Assembly (NCBI GenBank): GCA_951406725.2
Contig: OX597814.1
Coordinates: forward strand, 185,070,001 to 185,134,000
Source: Octopus vulgaris
Lineage: Eukaryota
Reading direction: 5' to 3'
DNA length: 64,000 nucleotides
The notes below the pieces were generated by a model. The model ran no database searches, had not been told where the DNA came from, and saw only the letters and a list, made by a program, of their open reading frames with translations. The position numbers and the translations under genes were made by a program. Positions within the stretch are counted from its first letter, which is position 1. The number at the start of each line of letters is the position of its first letter. Of this stretch, positions 25,289 to 37,250 are shown piece after piece.

Positions 25289-25373
25289 ATTCACCTGATA
25301 AAAACGGTTCGGTTCACATGATGTAATGAGTCTATTCAGCAATAAAAACTCGTTTGAAACAACTGTAGTGAAT
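25289..25373 (+). ncRNA. Type-I hammerhead ribozyme, one core substitution (G8A)
   Basis: ATTCAC-CTGATAA-AAACG-[44 nt]-CGTTT-GAAAC-AACT-GTA-GTGAAT; 6-bp stem I, 5-bp stem II. Confidence 0.6.
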
Positions 25374-25946
25374 GGACCAATATCTATCTGTTATTATTTA
25401 TTTACATATCTATTTACATATTAACGTATAACTGTACATATATATACACGTAAGTATATAAACGTATATATGTATAAATGTATAAGTGCATATATATTAT
25501 ATAACGTATCATATACGTGTGTTAGTATATATATATATATATGTATACATGTATATATGTATACATGTATGTATACACGTGTAACTCTATATATGTGCGC
25601 CTGCGTATATGCTCGCATACATATAGGTATCTGTAAATATAAATGGAAAATAGTTGCATATATATGCTGATAACTCACCTCAACACACACTAGCCTGTTA
25701 AACAAACATTTTACTTTTTGCTTTTTCAGTTTCAGGTCACTCGGCCTCACCATACACGCCCCGCTTCCAACCATATTCCTTTCCTTATAAATACATACAT
25801 GCGTATTCAAGTTTCCTTTGAAATAAATGGCTTTTTATCTTTGCTGAATTTGGTGGATACATTTTTATTTTCTCAAATAATTTCAATTCGAGTTTACAAA
25901 CGTGGCGTGATATGGAAGCAATATGTGATATTATCGCATATCGTGT

Positions 25947-26025
25947 ACTTGTTTCAGTCATTCGATCGTGGCCATGCTGGTGCAATGCCTTGAAGGATTT
26001 TAACCGAAAAAATCGAACCCAATAC

Positions 26026-26085
<60 letters not shown>

Positions 26086-26632
26086 GAGTGAGAGAGCAGT
26101 TCATGCCATCAAAGTGACACTGGGGTAAAATATACGAAGCCCAATATACCCATCATGACTACCCGTCTGATAAAGGTACAACAGGCACATGCATCACAAC
26201 CATATGTGCGCGACATGGTGATCTCATATCAAAATAAACAGCACATGACCTTGCTGGTGGGGCCCAGTTAGAATTTTCTTCAGGTTGAGTAGCCCATCCC
26301 GCTCAAACGGTCCCTGAATAAGGGTTGTTTAAGGATGTTGAAAGAACCACCCATGTTTCCAGAGGTAAACTATTCAAACCCCAAAGAATCCCTCTCAACA
26401 CATGGCTATGATGCTCCCCCACTACTTCTGCTCGTGATCAGAGATGCACATATCGTCAGCCACTAAGGGACATGCACAACTGGTTAAGGTCAAGCAACTG
26501 ACAAGCAAATCTGTGGTATTGAGCAGAATATTTGCTGTAGCCCATCTTTTATACCAAGACAAAACAATGTACATGATAACACTTCCAATCAGTTAAGATC
26601 AGAAGCCATGAGAGCCTCTGCCTGGTACTGCA

Positions 26633-26701
<69 letters not shown>

Positions 26702-26822
26702 GTCATTATTATTTTAAGCCTTGTACTTATTCTATCAACCTCTTTTGCCGAACGGGGACGTAAACAAACCAACGTTTATCGCTAAGCGGTGGTAGATTAC
26801 AAACACAAATACAAAGACACAC
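25947..26822 (-). mobile_element. Decayed SINE A 3' half interrupted by (ATT)n and a 546-bp insert
   Basis: Tail at 25947-26025; the element continues after 26712. Confidence 0.6.
26086..26631. mobile_element. 546-bp complex-sequence insert inside an (ATT)n microsatellite
   Basis: Flanked on both sides by pure (ATT)n; no ORF >=60 aa. Confidence 0.55.
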
Positions 26823-26855
26823 ACATTTACGTTCTTGTCCCATTTTGTATTAAAG

Positions 26856-26926
<71 letters not shown>

Positions 26927-26956
26927 TCAAAATAAAAACATGATGCCAAGGATTCA

Positions 26957-27034
26957 GCGGTACGTATGTTTCGGGCCTTTATTAGACGGATTTATAACAA
27001 TGCATAATGTGTGTTTATGGCCTTCTTCAGCCGC
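26957..27034 (-). ncRNA. Type-I hammerhead ribozyme (Penelope-type minimal), intact core
   Basis: Minus strand: GCGG-CTGAAGA-AGGCC-[41 nt]-GGCCC-GAAAC-ATAC-GTA-CCGC; lies in a ~245-bp island between (TA)n tracts. Confidence 0.75.
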
Positions 27035-27894
27035 GCACAACTACTACCTCAAGGACATGTATTACATCAAAAATTCTACATTGGGGATGCGAATCCTCTC
27101 ATTCGCGTACGACATAATGCGGCAACAGCATAAAAATGAAGCGTCCATCTCGTCCTTCTCTCAATGTATATATATATATATATATTGCTGCTTAAACAAT
27201 CAAAGACATGAATTCATAACTACCTCGAACCCACAAGAGTAAGAAAAAAGAAGAAAATGAGAGACAGAGACAGGCAGAAACAAGGAAAATGCTCCTTGTA
27301 TTTGAATACTATGGAAATATTTTTTTTTAAATTGTGGAAGCTTGTTACCGATGACGCGCAAAAGCGCAGAAATCTTGATTCAGCAATTTCACTTTCACTG
27401 TCGGATGCTTTCCATCTGCTTCTTGGTATACCTTTGTGCTTTTTGCATAATATGTTTATGAGAGATGAATACCGCACTTTTGTGACTTTCTAATGCCACG
27501 CTATGTAAAAAAAAACAAAACACGATGCTATTTAAACTAATTCTTTTTCCGTCACAATTAACGACCTTCAGTATATGTTGTTCTTGCAGCTGCCGTCATG
27601 CAAAATAATATTACAAAAATAACAAGGGGCTTGGTTTCACTGGTCTCTGAGGGTCTGCGAATGCCACGTGTACAAGCCTTTCAAACTAGACCAGACCAGT
27701 AAAAGGAAGAATGGGGAATGCTCTCTATTATGGTCGCCACAAAGCGTGAAATTAAAAGCAGAACACGAGAAAATCCAACGCCACTGCACCATGAGGGTTT
27801 CCTTGTACAATAGATGGACTGCTGGGATAAGCTAAGAGAACTGAAGCTCTAGTTCTTGAATGGAAAGCGCGGAAGATATGTAGTGATATATATC

Positions 27895-28300
27895 TCTTTT
27901 ATTCTTTTACTTGTTTCAGTCATTTGACTGCGGCCATGCTGGAGCACCGCCTTTAGTCGAGCAAATCGACCCCGGGACTTATTCTTTGTAAGCCCAGTAC
28001 TTATTCTATCGGTGTCTTTTGCCGAACCGCTAAGTGACGGGGACGTAAACACACCAGCATCGGTTGTCAAGCAATGATAGGGGGACAAACACAGACACTC
28101 AAGCACACACATACATATACATATATATACATATATACGACAGGCTTCTTTCAGTTTCGGTCTACCAAATCCACTCACAAGGCATTGGTCGGCCCGGGGC
28201 TATAGCAGAAGACACTTGCCCAATAATCCACGCAGTGGGACTGAACCCGGAACCATGTAGTTGGTTAGCAAGCTACTTACCACACAGTCACTCCTGCGCC
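27895..28300 (-). mobile_element. SINE family A, full length
   Basis: Homology to family A. Confidence 0.85.
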
Positions 28301-28310
28301 TATATATATC

Positions 28311-29556
28311 TCTTATTATAAAAGGCAGATTTTATCTGCCTCCCTTTGTCACTTATAGAAATCTACAATATAGGATTTCTTCAATTACAATTTACCTAGC
28401 ATTTTTAAGAGTAGAATGCATCGGGTCATGCCAGGTCCAGTTTTTAAAATTTAAACTCCAATTAAGCAAAATTTACAGAAAACTCACATTCTGGTGTGTA
28501 TGTCAAATGCTTTTCTTATCTGGTTTACAGCACACGCAAACGCACACACACAGTGTGCAACGAATAAAATGAAACTAATTCACTGTGTGTGTGTTGACAG
28601 GTAGACAATAGAATGCGATGGCGATGTAATATTTGTTTCTGTCTATCACGCTGATAGATACATGAGTAAAATGTATGGCAAACTAAGAGATAAGAGTGAG
28701 TGAAAATGTTCTTGGAAGAGAGTAAAAGGCGACAGAGTGATTTGAGGAAGACTAAACTGAAAGTATGAAACAGTGTTTATGTATAAACAGACGACACTTA
28801 TATATAGTTATTAATAAATGTATGCATCCGTTTAACCCTTTCGTTACCAAACCGCCCGAATTTACCTATTCATATTTAAATGAGAATATCAGAGTAAATC
28901 TCTTTAGTACATTCGTGAAAACACGTATTATACTTCGTAAACACTTCAAATACAGTTTTGTACAAAAATCGAAGTGTAATTTTAATTCCGTGAATTATGG
29001 GAGATTTTTTACCGAAATTTGTTCGTATTGTGTTTTCAAAATTTGTAATTCTGACAAAAATGGATACGAATTTCATTATATCAAGCAGCGAGTCAGAATT
29101 CGAAGGATTTTCTACTGAAGACCTTCATAAATCTAACTCTATGACTGAAAAAAAAAAGCATCTTTATATAAGAGTGAGGTTGTGTGTCTGTCTCCTACGA
29201 TTTAGATTCGTAACTACTCCCACATTTTGCGGTGCAGTTTAACCAAAAGCGGGTATCTTATAGTCGTGATTCATATCGAGCCCTTCTGGGTATTAACGCG
29301 CGTCTACGATGAGTCTACGATTTAAAAAAAAAATACCATCATATTTTTCCATTTTAATGCATTTTTTCGCTTTTATATAAGGGAAGTAACTCTCTAAAAA
29401 TATCTACGATGTGTCAACGATTTAAAAAAAATTTACCTTAATTTTTTTTTCAATTTTTAATGCATTTTTTTTGCTATTTTTTGGCTATAACTCTCTAAAA
29501 ATGCTTATATAGTTATTTCCCTTACATACCCGAGCAACGCCGGGCGATACTGCTAG
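28311..29556 (+). mobile_element. Composite non-autonomous Helitron (long form, ~1.25 kb)
   Basis: 5' TCTTATTATAAAAGGCAG, second internal 5' end TCTTTATATAAG at 29161, 3' CCCGAGCAACGCCGGG hairpin + CTAG|T; near-identical inverted copy at 50543-51715. Confidence 0.8.
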
Positions 29557-29563
29557 TTATATA

Positions 29564-29845
29564 TATAAAAATTATGATTAAGGGTATCTAAGAGATACCA
29601 ACAGCCAAAACTTGACTCTAAAACCACATTAAATGTTCATACAGCACCAGAAGATGTGCTGAATGAACATTTAATGTGGTTTTAAAGTCTAGCTTTGGCT
29701 GCTATTTCTAGCAGGGTGGTATCTCTTAGATACTCTTAATTATAATTTTTATAATAATTATTACCTTTGAGGTTTTTATTCCCATGCTGACCACCTGATT
29801 AGATCGGTATTTTAAATAACGTTCTTATCCTTATTTATAAAAAAT
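29564..29845. repeat. Fold-back element (29564-29753) plus tail
   Basis: ATAAAAATTATGATTAAGGGTATCTAAGAGATACCA / TGGTATCTCTTAGATACTCTTAATTATAATTTTTAT; inner AAAACCACATTAAATGTTCAT / ATGAACATTTAATGTGGTTTT. Confidence 0.9.
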
Positions 29846-29906
29846 TATATTATATTATATATATATATATATAAATTTATATTATATAAATATATATATA
29901 AATATA

Positions 29907-29974
<68 letters not shown>

Positions 29975-30139
29975 CACATATGTATATATATAAAATGGTG
30001 TATGTATGTATGTATGTATGTATGTATGTATGTATGTATGTATGAAAAGTACTGGAAGGTCTAGCAACCAACTTTTGAATTGAAAGCTATATTAATCTCC
30101 GGATTAGACGCTATTGCATAGTTCCATCCAGAGTAGGGT

Positions 30140-30886
30140 CCCAACATTGTAACAGCTTAGGTTTCAAAGGTTCGAAACTTTTCAATACCTTGTCAAAAGG
30201 CCTCAGAGACCTGGGAAGTGCAGCTATGGACGTATTAAAATACAATTTGGACAAGTTTATATTTGATACACCTAATGAACCTACCAAACGACAATATTCT
30301 TTTCTACTCTAGGCACAAAACCCGAAATTTTGGGGGAGGAGGCCAGTCGATTAGATCGACCTTCAGTACGCAACTTGTACTTAATTTATCGACCCCGAAA
30401 GGATGAAAGACAAAGTTGACCTCGGCGGAATTTGAACTAAGAACGTAAAGACAGACGTAATACCTATTTCTTTACTACCCACAAGGGGCGAAACACAGAG
30501 AGGACAAACAAGGACAGACGGATTAAGTCGATTATATCGACCCCAGTGCGTAACTGGTACTTAATTTATCGACCCCGAAAGGATGAAAAGCAAAGCCGAC
30601 CTCGGCGGAATTTGAACTTAGAACGAAAGGCAGACGTAATACTGCTAAGAATTTCACCCGGCGTGCTAACTATTCCTGTTTCTTTACTGCCCACAAACGG
30701 CTAACGATTCTGCCAGCTCGCCGCCTTCCACCAGATGACAATAGACGCAAAAGAAAGGCAGTTCTCTCTTACTACTTCACCAGGAGCGATTCTGGCGACA
30801 GGACGGGGAGAATCTACAATAAACACGTATTATTTCTAATGATGGTCTCCCAGCACGGCCACAGCCTCTGGTTGAAACCAGTTAGA
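30140..30886 (+). mobile_element. CR1-type LINE 3' end interrupted by SINE B
   Basis: NSLGFKGSKLFNTLSKGLRDL…VLKYNLDKFIFDTPNEPT; tail CCCAGCACGGCCACAGCC…TTGAAAC at ~30850. Confidence 0.65.
30296..30727 (-). mobile_element. SINE family B dimeric form
   Basis: Same layout as 23948-24349; degenerate TSD (TACCAAACGACAATA / CACCAGATGACAATA). Confidence 0.85.
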
Positions 30887-31002
30887 CGATACGACTGTAT
30901 GTATGTATACGTGCATTCATGCATCTATATATGTATGCATGTGTATTGCTGGATTTGTTCAACACTGATATTTTACTCATTTATAAGTCTATATTTCTGG
31001 TG

Positions 31003-31583
31003 AAGGCGGCGAGCTGGCAGAAACGTTAGCACGCCGGGCGAAATGCGTAGCCGTATTTCGCCTGCCGTTACGTTCTGAGTTCAAATTCTGCCGAGGTCGA
31101 CTTTGCTCTTCATCCTTTCGGGGTCGAGTAAATAAGTACCAGTTACGCACCTGGGTCGATATAATCGACCTAATCCGTCGTCTGGTGGAAGGCAGGGAGC
31201 TGGCAGAATCGTTAGCGCGCCGGGCGAAACACTTAGCAATATTTCGTCTGCTTTTCGTTCTTAGTTCAAATTGCCTTTCATCCTTTCGGGGTCGATTAAA
31301 TAGGTACCAGTTACGCACTGGGGTCGATATAACCGACTTAGTCCGTTCGTCTGTCCTTGTTTATCCCCTCTGTGTTTATCCCCTTGTGGGTAGTAAAGAA
31401 ATAGGTATTTCGTCTGTCTTTACGTTCAGAGTTCAAATTCCACCGAGGTCGACTTTGCCTTTCATCCTTTCGGGGTCGATAAAGTAACAGTTTCACACTG
31501 GGGTCGATGTAATTGACTTAATCCCTTTGTCTGTCCTTGTTTGTCTTCTCTATGTTTAGCCCCTTGTGGGCAGTAAAGAAATA
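31003..31583 (+). mobile_element. SINE family B trimeric form with 21-bp TSD
   Basis: Three B bodies in tandem, flanked by perfect TATAAGTCTATATTTCTGGTG at 30982-31002 and 31584-31604. Confidence 0.9.
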
Positions 31584-32567
31584 TATAAGTCTATATTTCT
31601 GGTGTCCTTGACTTTTCATTCAAGAATTCATATACGCAGATATATATACGTATGTTTATGTGTGTGTGTATTTGTGTGCGCGTGTGATGAGGGGGGCGGA
31701 ATGTAAAAAGACATAAAGTCTTGATATATTGGTAGTTAGAAAATGTTTCTTTCGCGTTTGACAATAATTATTAATGAAAACATTTCCTCAATATTAAACA
31801 GTTCTCAGTGCAAGTGGCTTACAGCTACCCGCCAGTTTGTCACCAAAGAAATGCACCCATGGAACCCGAGAATTTAATGAAATTATTATGTTATCGCAGT
31901 TTTTCTTCAGAGTAGCAATTAATTGCAGAGTACATAATTGTTTTAGTGAGATTTTTCTGCTGGTTTTTGTTGTTGTTGTCTGTGTTTTTTTAATTTTTTT
32001 TTGCGTCGTAACTTGCAAATTTTCATTGATTTTAGAATTTTTTTAAATTCTAGATTTTAGATCAGTATTTTCGCCAAAAAAAAGACAAACATTACTTTAC
32101 TATAATTTTTATTTATTTATTGAATCTATGTGTTCATATTTATTAATCCGTTCTTTTTTTTTGTTTTGTTTTGCAGTTTTATTTTATTTTTCATTTATTT
32201 TTCTGTCTCTAACATCCTTCTTTCCTGTTTGATTCGGTAGCGTGAATATTTTCCTTTGAAGTTACCCAGAAAAATATTGGTTGCTACCGAGAGAGAAGCT
32301 TCATTTGTCACTAATGTCAAATTAGAAATTCCTAAAAAAAGTAATTAATCAAAAAAAAAGTTAATAAGGATTCTCTTATTACCCGGTAAAGTTTGTTACA
32401 GGTGAGTAAACGTGCAAATGCGTATATTTATGTGCACATGTGTATGTGTAAATATACATGTACGAATATTTATGTGTATTTATGTGTGTGTAAAAGATGT
32501 GAGTTTTACTGCATGTATATCTGTACGATATTCTTACGCTTGTGTGTAAATTAAACGTTGCCTTCCA

Positions 32568-32841
32568 TTCTTTTACTTGTTTCAGTCATTTGACTGCGGC
32601 CATGCTGGAGCACCGCCTTGAGTCGAACAAATCGAGCCCGGTGCTTAATCTTTATAAGCCTAGTACTTATTCTATCGGTCTATTTTGCTGAACCGCTATA
32701 TTACGGGGACGTAAACACATCAACATCGGTTGTCAAGCGATGATGGGGGGATAAACAGATACAAATACATACATATATATATATATATACATACATATAT
32801 ACGACGGGCTTCTTTTCAGTTTCCGTCTGCCTAATCCACTC
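32568..32841 (-). mobile_element. SINE family A, 5'-truncated
   Basis: Homology to family A. Confidence 0.8.
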
Positions 32842-33464
32842 CCAGAACGGGCGGACAAAGAAATAGTACTAGTTAGCTTTGAAGTAACTAGTCTCTACGC
32901 AAATATTTCCTATACATGTGGACTAGAAGCAGTAGAATTCTGGATAAACAAATACCCACAGAGAATTTAGGAGTGCTTCTCAAAAGAATTTATGAATTTA
33001 TATTTGATGGTTTACAGATAGTACTAGAAAACAACTACTTCTTCTTTGATAATCAATGTTATCTACAAATACAAGTCATTGCGATTGGGACGAATATCGC
33101 ACCAACATTTGCTACACTAGTAATGGGATACCTAGAAGAAAACATCTACACCCTATCCAGAACTATTTTTAACTACCACTTCCAAATCTAACTTATAGGA
33201 AACTAGAAAAGATTCTTAGATGACTGCTTTATATTTTGGAATCGAAAGAAGGAGGACCTTACAAAATTTCTTAAATTAATAAATAGCATTCATGTCTCAA
33301 TCCAATTCGCTATGGAATTGAACTAACTGGAACTTCCCTTTCTAGACATCCTGATAATTAAAGAAAATGAGACATTTACGACTGACCTCTACTACAAGAA
33401 CACAGGCACACACCAATATTTAGATTTTAGCTCTTGCCACCCTTCCTATACAAAAAAGGAGCAT

Positions 33465-33687
33465 ACCTATTTCTTTACTACCCAGAAGATGCTAAACACA
33501 GAAAGGACAAACAAGGACAGACAAACAGATTAAGTCGATTATATCGACCCCAGTGCGTAACTGGTACTTATTTAATCGACCCCGAAAGGATGAAAGGCAA
33601 AGTCGACCTCGGCGGAATTTGAACTCACAACGTAACGGGAGACGAAATACGGCTACGCATTTCGCCCGGCCTGCTAACGTTTCTGCC
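33465..33687 (-). mobile_element. SINE family B inside the Penelope ORF
   Basis: Family B homology; splits the S-I-P|Y-G segment of the host. Confidence 0.85.
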
Positions 33688-34011
33688 ATATGGTAAGTCG
33701 CATATGCACAATAGCATAGATACTGTTAGACGAGAGAAACAAAAGGTAGAACTTAATATATTCCTTCAGAAGCAAAAATATCCCAAGTTGATTCAACATG
33801 CCACAACAAAAGCAAAGGAAATCCCAGTCTCGACGTTGCAGAGAAAGACTCAGGCCAGGTGTGAAAATAACAATACAAATACAAATATTCCATTTGTTGT
33901 CACCCCCAATCCTAGAAACCACAACATCCTGCACTCAGCCAAACTATACCTCACAGTTCTACATCAATCACCAAATCTCCAGCGAATAATTAAAAAAAAA
34001 ACACAAATTAT

Positions 34012-34425
34012 CGCAGGAGTGGCTGTGTGGTAAGTAGCTTGCTAATCAACCACATGGTTCCGGGTTCAGTCCCACTGCGTGGCACCTTGGGCAAGTGTCT
34101 TCTGCTATAGCCCCGGGCCGACCAATGCCTTGTGAGCGGATTTGGTTGGCGGAAACTGAAAGAAGTCCGTCGTATATATGTATATATATATGTGTGTGCG
34201 TGTATGTTTGTGTGTCTGTGTTTGTCCCCCTAGCATTGCTTGACAACCGATGCTGGTGTGTTTACGTCCCCGTTACTTAGCGGTTCGGCAAAAGAGACCG
34301 ATAGAATAAGTACTGGGCTTACAAAAGAATAAGTCCCGAGGTCGAGTTGCTCTATTAAAGGCGGTACTCCAGCATGGCCGCAGTCAAATGACTGAAACAA
34401 GAAAAAGAGTAAAAGAGTAAAAGAG
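34012..34425 (+). mobile_element. SINE family A inside the Penelope ORF
   Basis: Full length with (GTAAAAGA)n tail. Confidence 0.9.
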
Positions 34426-34747
34426 TTGAAGACAACCACCAAACCTCGGGAGACTCCTAACAAAGACGAGATTCACATTTGAAAAAGAAACAATGCAAGT
34501 AACCACTGTGGGAGCCCCCGTTGTGGGACATGCGAATTAATTGAGCAAGGGGCAACCAAAAGACTCAAGAATCAGAAGGAATTAAAAGTGAATGCAAATA
34601 TGAATTGCAAAACAAAAAAAAAAAAACCTCAACTCAATTGCCCACAATGCAATGAAAACTATATTGGGGAGACAGGAAGGAAACTGACCAGCCGTTTAAA
34701 TGAACATAAACAACAAACGAGGGTTTTATCTCTCAGGAATATTCCAT

Positions 34748-34817
34748 GCAAATGGCTTGTGCTTAAGAGCGCGGAATACTAACCCAAAGATACCGAGTTC
34801 TATTCCAGGCAGTAACC

Positions 34818-34877
<60 letters not shown>

Positions 34878-34916
34878 TCGAAAAATACCTTAAGAATGAG
34901 AACACAGGTTCGAAAT
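34748..34916 (+). mobile_element. SINE family E, 3'-truncated
   Basis: TTAAGAGCGCGG…GAGTTC…(AAT)n AACATCGAAAAATACCTTA.GAATGAGAAC; homolog of 60342-60585. Confidence 0.75.
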
Positions 34917-35129
34917 ACTTTCTACTCCAGGCACAAAGCCCGAAATTTAGGTGGAGGGAATCAGTGGATTAGATCGACCAAAGTAAGCAACTGGGACTTA
35001 ATTTATCGACCCCGAAAGGATGAAAGGCAAAGATGACCTCGGCGGAACTTGAACTCAGAACGTAAAGACAGACGAAATACTGCTATGCATTTCGTCCGGC
35101 GTGCTAACGTTTGTGCCAGCTCGCCGCCT
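34917..35129 (-). mobile_element. SINE family B (alternative tail)
   Basis: Family B homology. Confidence 0.8.
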
Positions 35130-35135
35130 TTTTGT

Positions 35136-35383
35136 AATAATGAAGATGTTCGTGATGATGATGATAATGATGACGATGACGACATTGATAATGGGGACGA
35201 CAACGACGACGACGATGATGCTGATGATGTCGACGGCGACGATGATGGTAATGATAATGAGAACGATGCTGCTGCTGCAGCTACTGATGATGATGGTGAT
35301 GATGATGACGATGATGATGACAACGATGAGGGTGTTGATGTTGATGACGACGACGACGACGATGACGATAGTGATGATGATGG

Positions 35384-35422
<39 letters not shown>

Positions 35423-35620
35423 CGACGACGACGACGACGACGATGATGACGACGATGATGACGACAAGATGACCGTGTTGATGATGATGATGGTGATGAG
35501 GATGACGACGAAGATGACCGTGTTGATGATGACGATGGTGATGATAACGACGATGATAACGACGATGATGACGACGAAGACGACCGTGTTGATGATGATG
35601 ATGATGATGATGTCGATGAT
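35136..35620. repeat. Degenerate (GAT/GAC)n trinucleotide tract
   Basis: Seen directly; includes a thrice-repeated GACCGTGTTGATGATGA unit; explains the poly-D/S/H/M ORFs. Confidence 0.9.
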
Positions 35621-36026
35621 AAGTATTTTGTTCAACTGATGTTACACAAATATGCATGTACTTGAGGGAGAGAGAGAGAGAGAAGGAGAAAGAGTAGCTT
35701 GTTTCACATGTAAAATATACCAACATAATCAACAGACAATTTAACCTTACCGTGTTAAGTAAATACTGTGGTTCACACCACAAGTTTTTATCTCTCCTTC
35801 GCAACGAGATTAAATTGTATGTTTATTAAAAAGGTGTATCTTACATTTCAAATAATCTCCACAACAACACTGCAGTGTAGTGTACTATTAGTATGTGTGT
35901 GCGTGTGCGTCTGTGCGCACGTATGCGTGTGTGTGTCTGTGACTTAGATAACTTGAATCCATACATTATGACATATATATATATATGTATATATATGAAT
36001 GATGATGAGGAGGATGATATGGATGG

Positions 36027-36062
<36 letters not shown>

Positions 36063-36098
36063 CATACATATTTACATACATACATACATCTACATATG

Positions 36099-36188
<90 letters not shown>

Positions 36189-36989
36189 CATACATACATA
36201 CATCTACATATATATATATATATATATATAAAAAAACATACATACAAAAAAAAAAAAAAAAACATACAAGATATATAGATATTATTCAATTGCAAAAACA
36301 GAGTAGCTGCGAATTGTCAGCCTACCCAGCCACCATCAGGCTGTCTCACATTTGAGAACACTTAAAATGCAAAAAACTAAATTTGTATATGACCTAAAGC
36401 TGACATACCTAAAGAAACACACCTAAATAAACATGCTTGACTGAAATCTCAACGCTAACCTTCACCTCCCCAAAACAAACAGGTAAAATTTCCCCTTGTA
36501 AGCAAATAAATTCAACAACAACAAACCTATTTACACACCAGCTGACCAACTAACTTTTTCACTTGCATTCTTTTCTTAACCCTAAAAACAACCCCCAAAC
36601 ACGAAAATGATACACATAAAACGATACTTCTGTACTCTAAACAGTAACACAGCTCCAACTTTGATTAATAAAAGCATTCTATAATGCTTTTCCCTCAGAA
36701 CTTAACTTACAACCTACTTACCGTTCAACAGAGGTCTACTTACCCCGGAAAAAAAATAAATTTACCAGAGATTGTATAAAGCCAAGATGAATGGAAATGT
36801 AGAACAGTCCGATGAAAGCTAAGCAGGCCGAAACTACGAAGCCGCTCTCAACACTATTCTTGTACAAGAATACTAAATATGTACGAAAAGTATTGCGTAA
36901 TCATTCATTTTAATGTAAAATTGTTTTTATTATTACGGAGATGTACTTGCATAGCAAGTGACCTGATCTGAAATCGTGTGCTGAAACAT

Positions 36990-37250
36990 AAACAGTTGCA
37001 GCGTGGAAAGTGTTTATAAGCCGTTAAAAATACACAAAAACCGTTAGATTCACTTCAACATTTAAATTTAATTTTCCAAAATATTTTCGTCGCTTTCAGA
37101 CCACGAGCACGTAATTTTGTCAGTGAACAGGTCGCGGTCTAAAAACGACGAAAATATTTTGGCAAATTGGATTTAAGTGTTGAAGTGAATCTAACGACAT
37201 TTGTGTGTTTTTTAAAGGCTTATAAACACCTTCCACGCTGCACTTGTTTT
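36990..37250. repeat. Fold-back element with ~115-bp arms
   Basis: TGCAGCGTGGAA.GTGTTTATAAGCC…CGTTAGATTCACTTCAACA…AAAATATTTTCGTCG mirrored on the right. Confidence 0.9.

Larger units (their letters stand above)
32842..34722 (+). mobile_element. Decayed Penelope-like element (RT + GIY-YIG endonuclease), interrupted by two SINEs
   Basis: LVSFEVTSLYANI; VLENNYFFF…IAIGTNIAPTFATLVMGYLE; KRFLDDCFIFW; LPFLDI; HQYLDFSSCHP; RQPPNL; CGSPRCGTC; NCPQCNENYIGETGRKLTSRLNEH. Stops and frameshifts present. Confidence 0.92.

Noticed and set aside
27340-27450. Minus-strand KVYQEADGKHPTVKVKLLNQDF resembling kinase subdomain II
   Set aside because: Frame is bounded by stops and lacks the Gly-rich loop; similarity is too weak.
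35003-35804. Overlapping poly-D/S/H/M ORFs of 123-249 aa
   Set aside because: (GAT/GAC)n microsatellite plus SINE sequence; open on both strands by composition.
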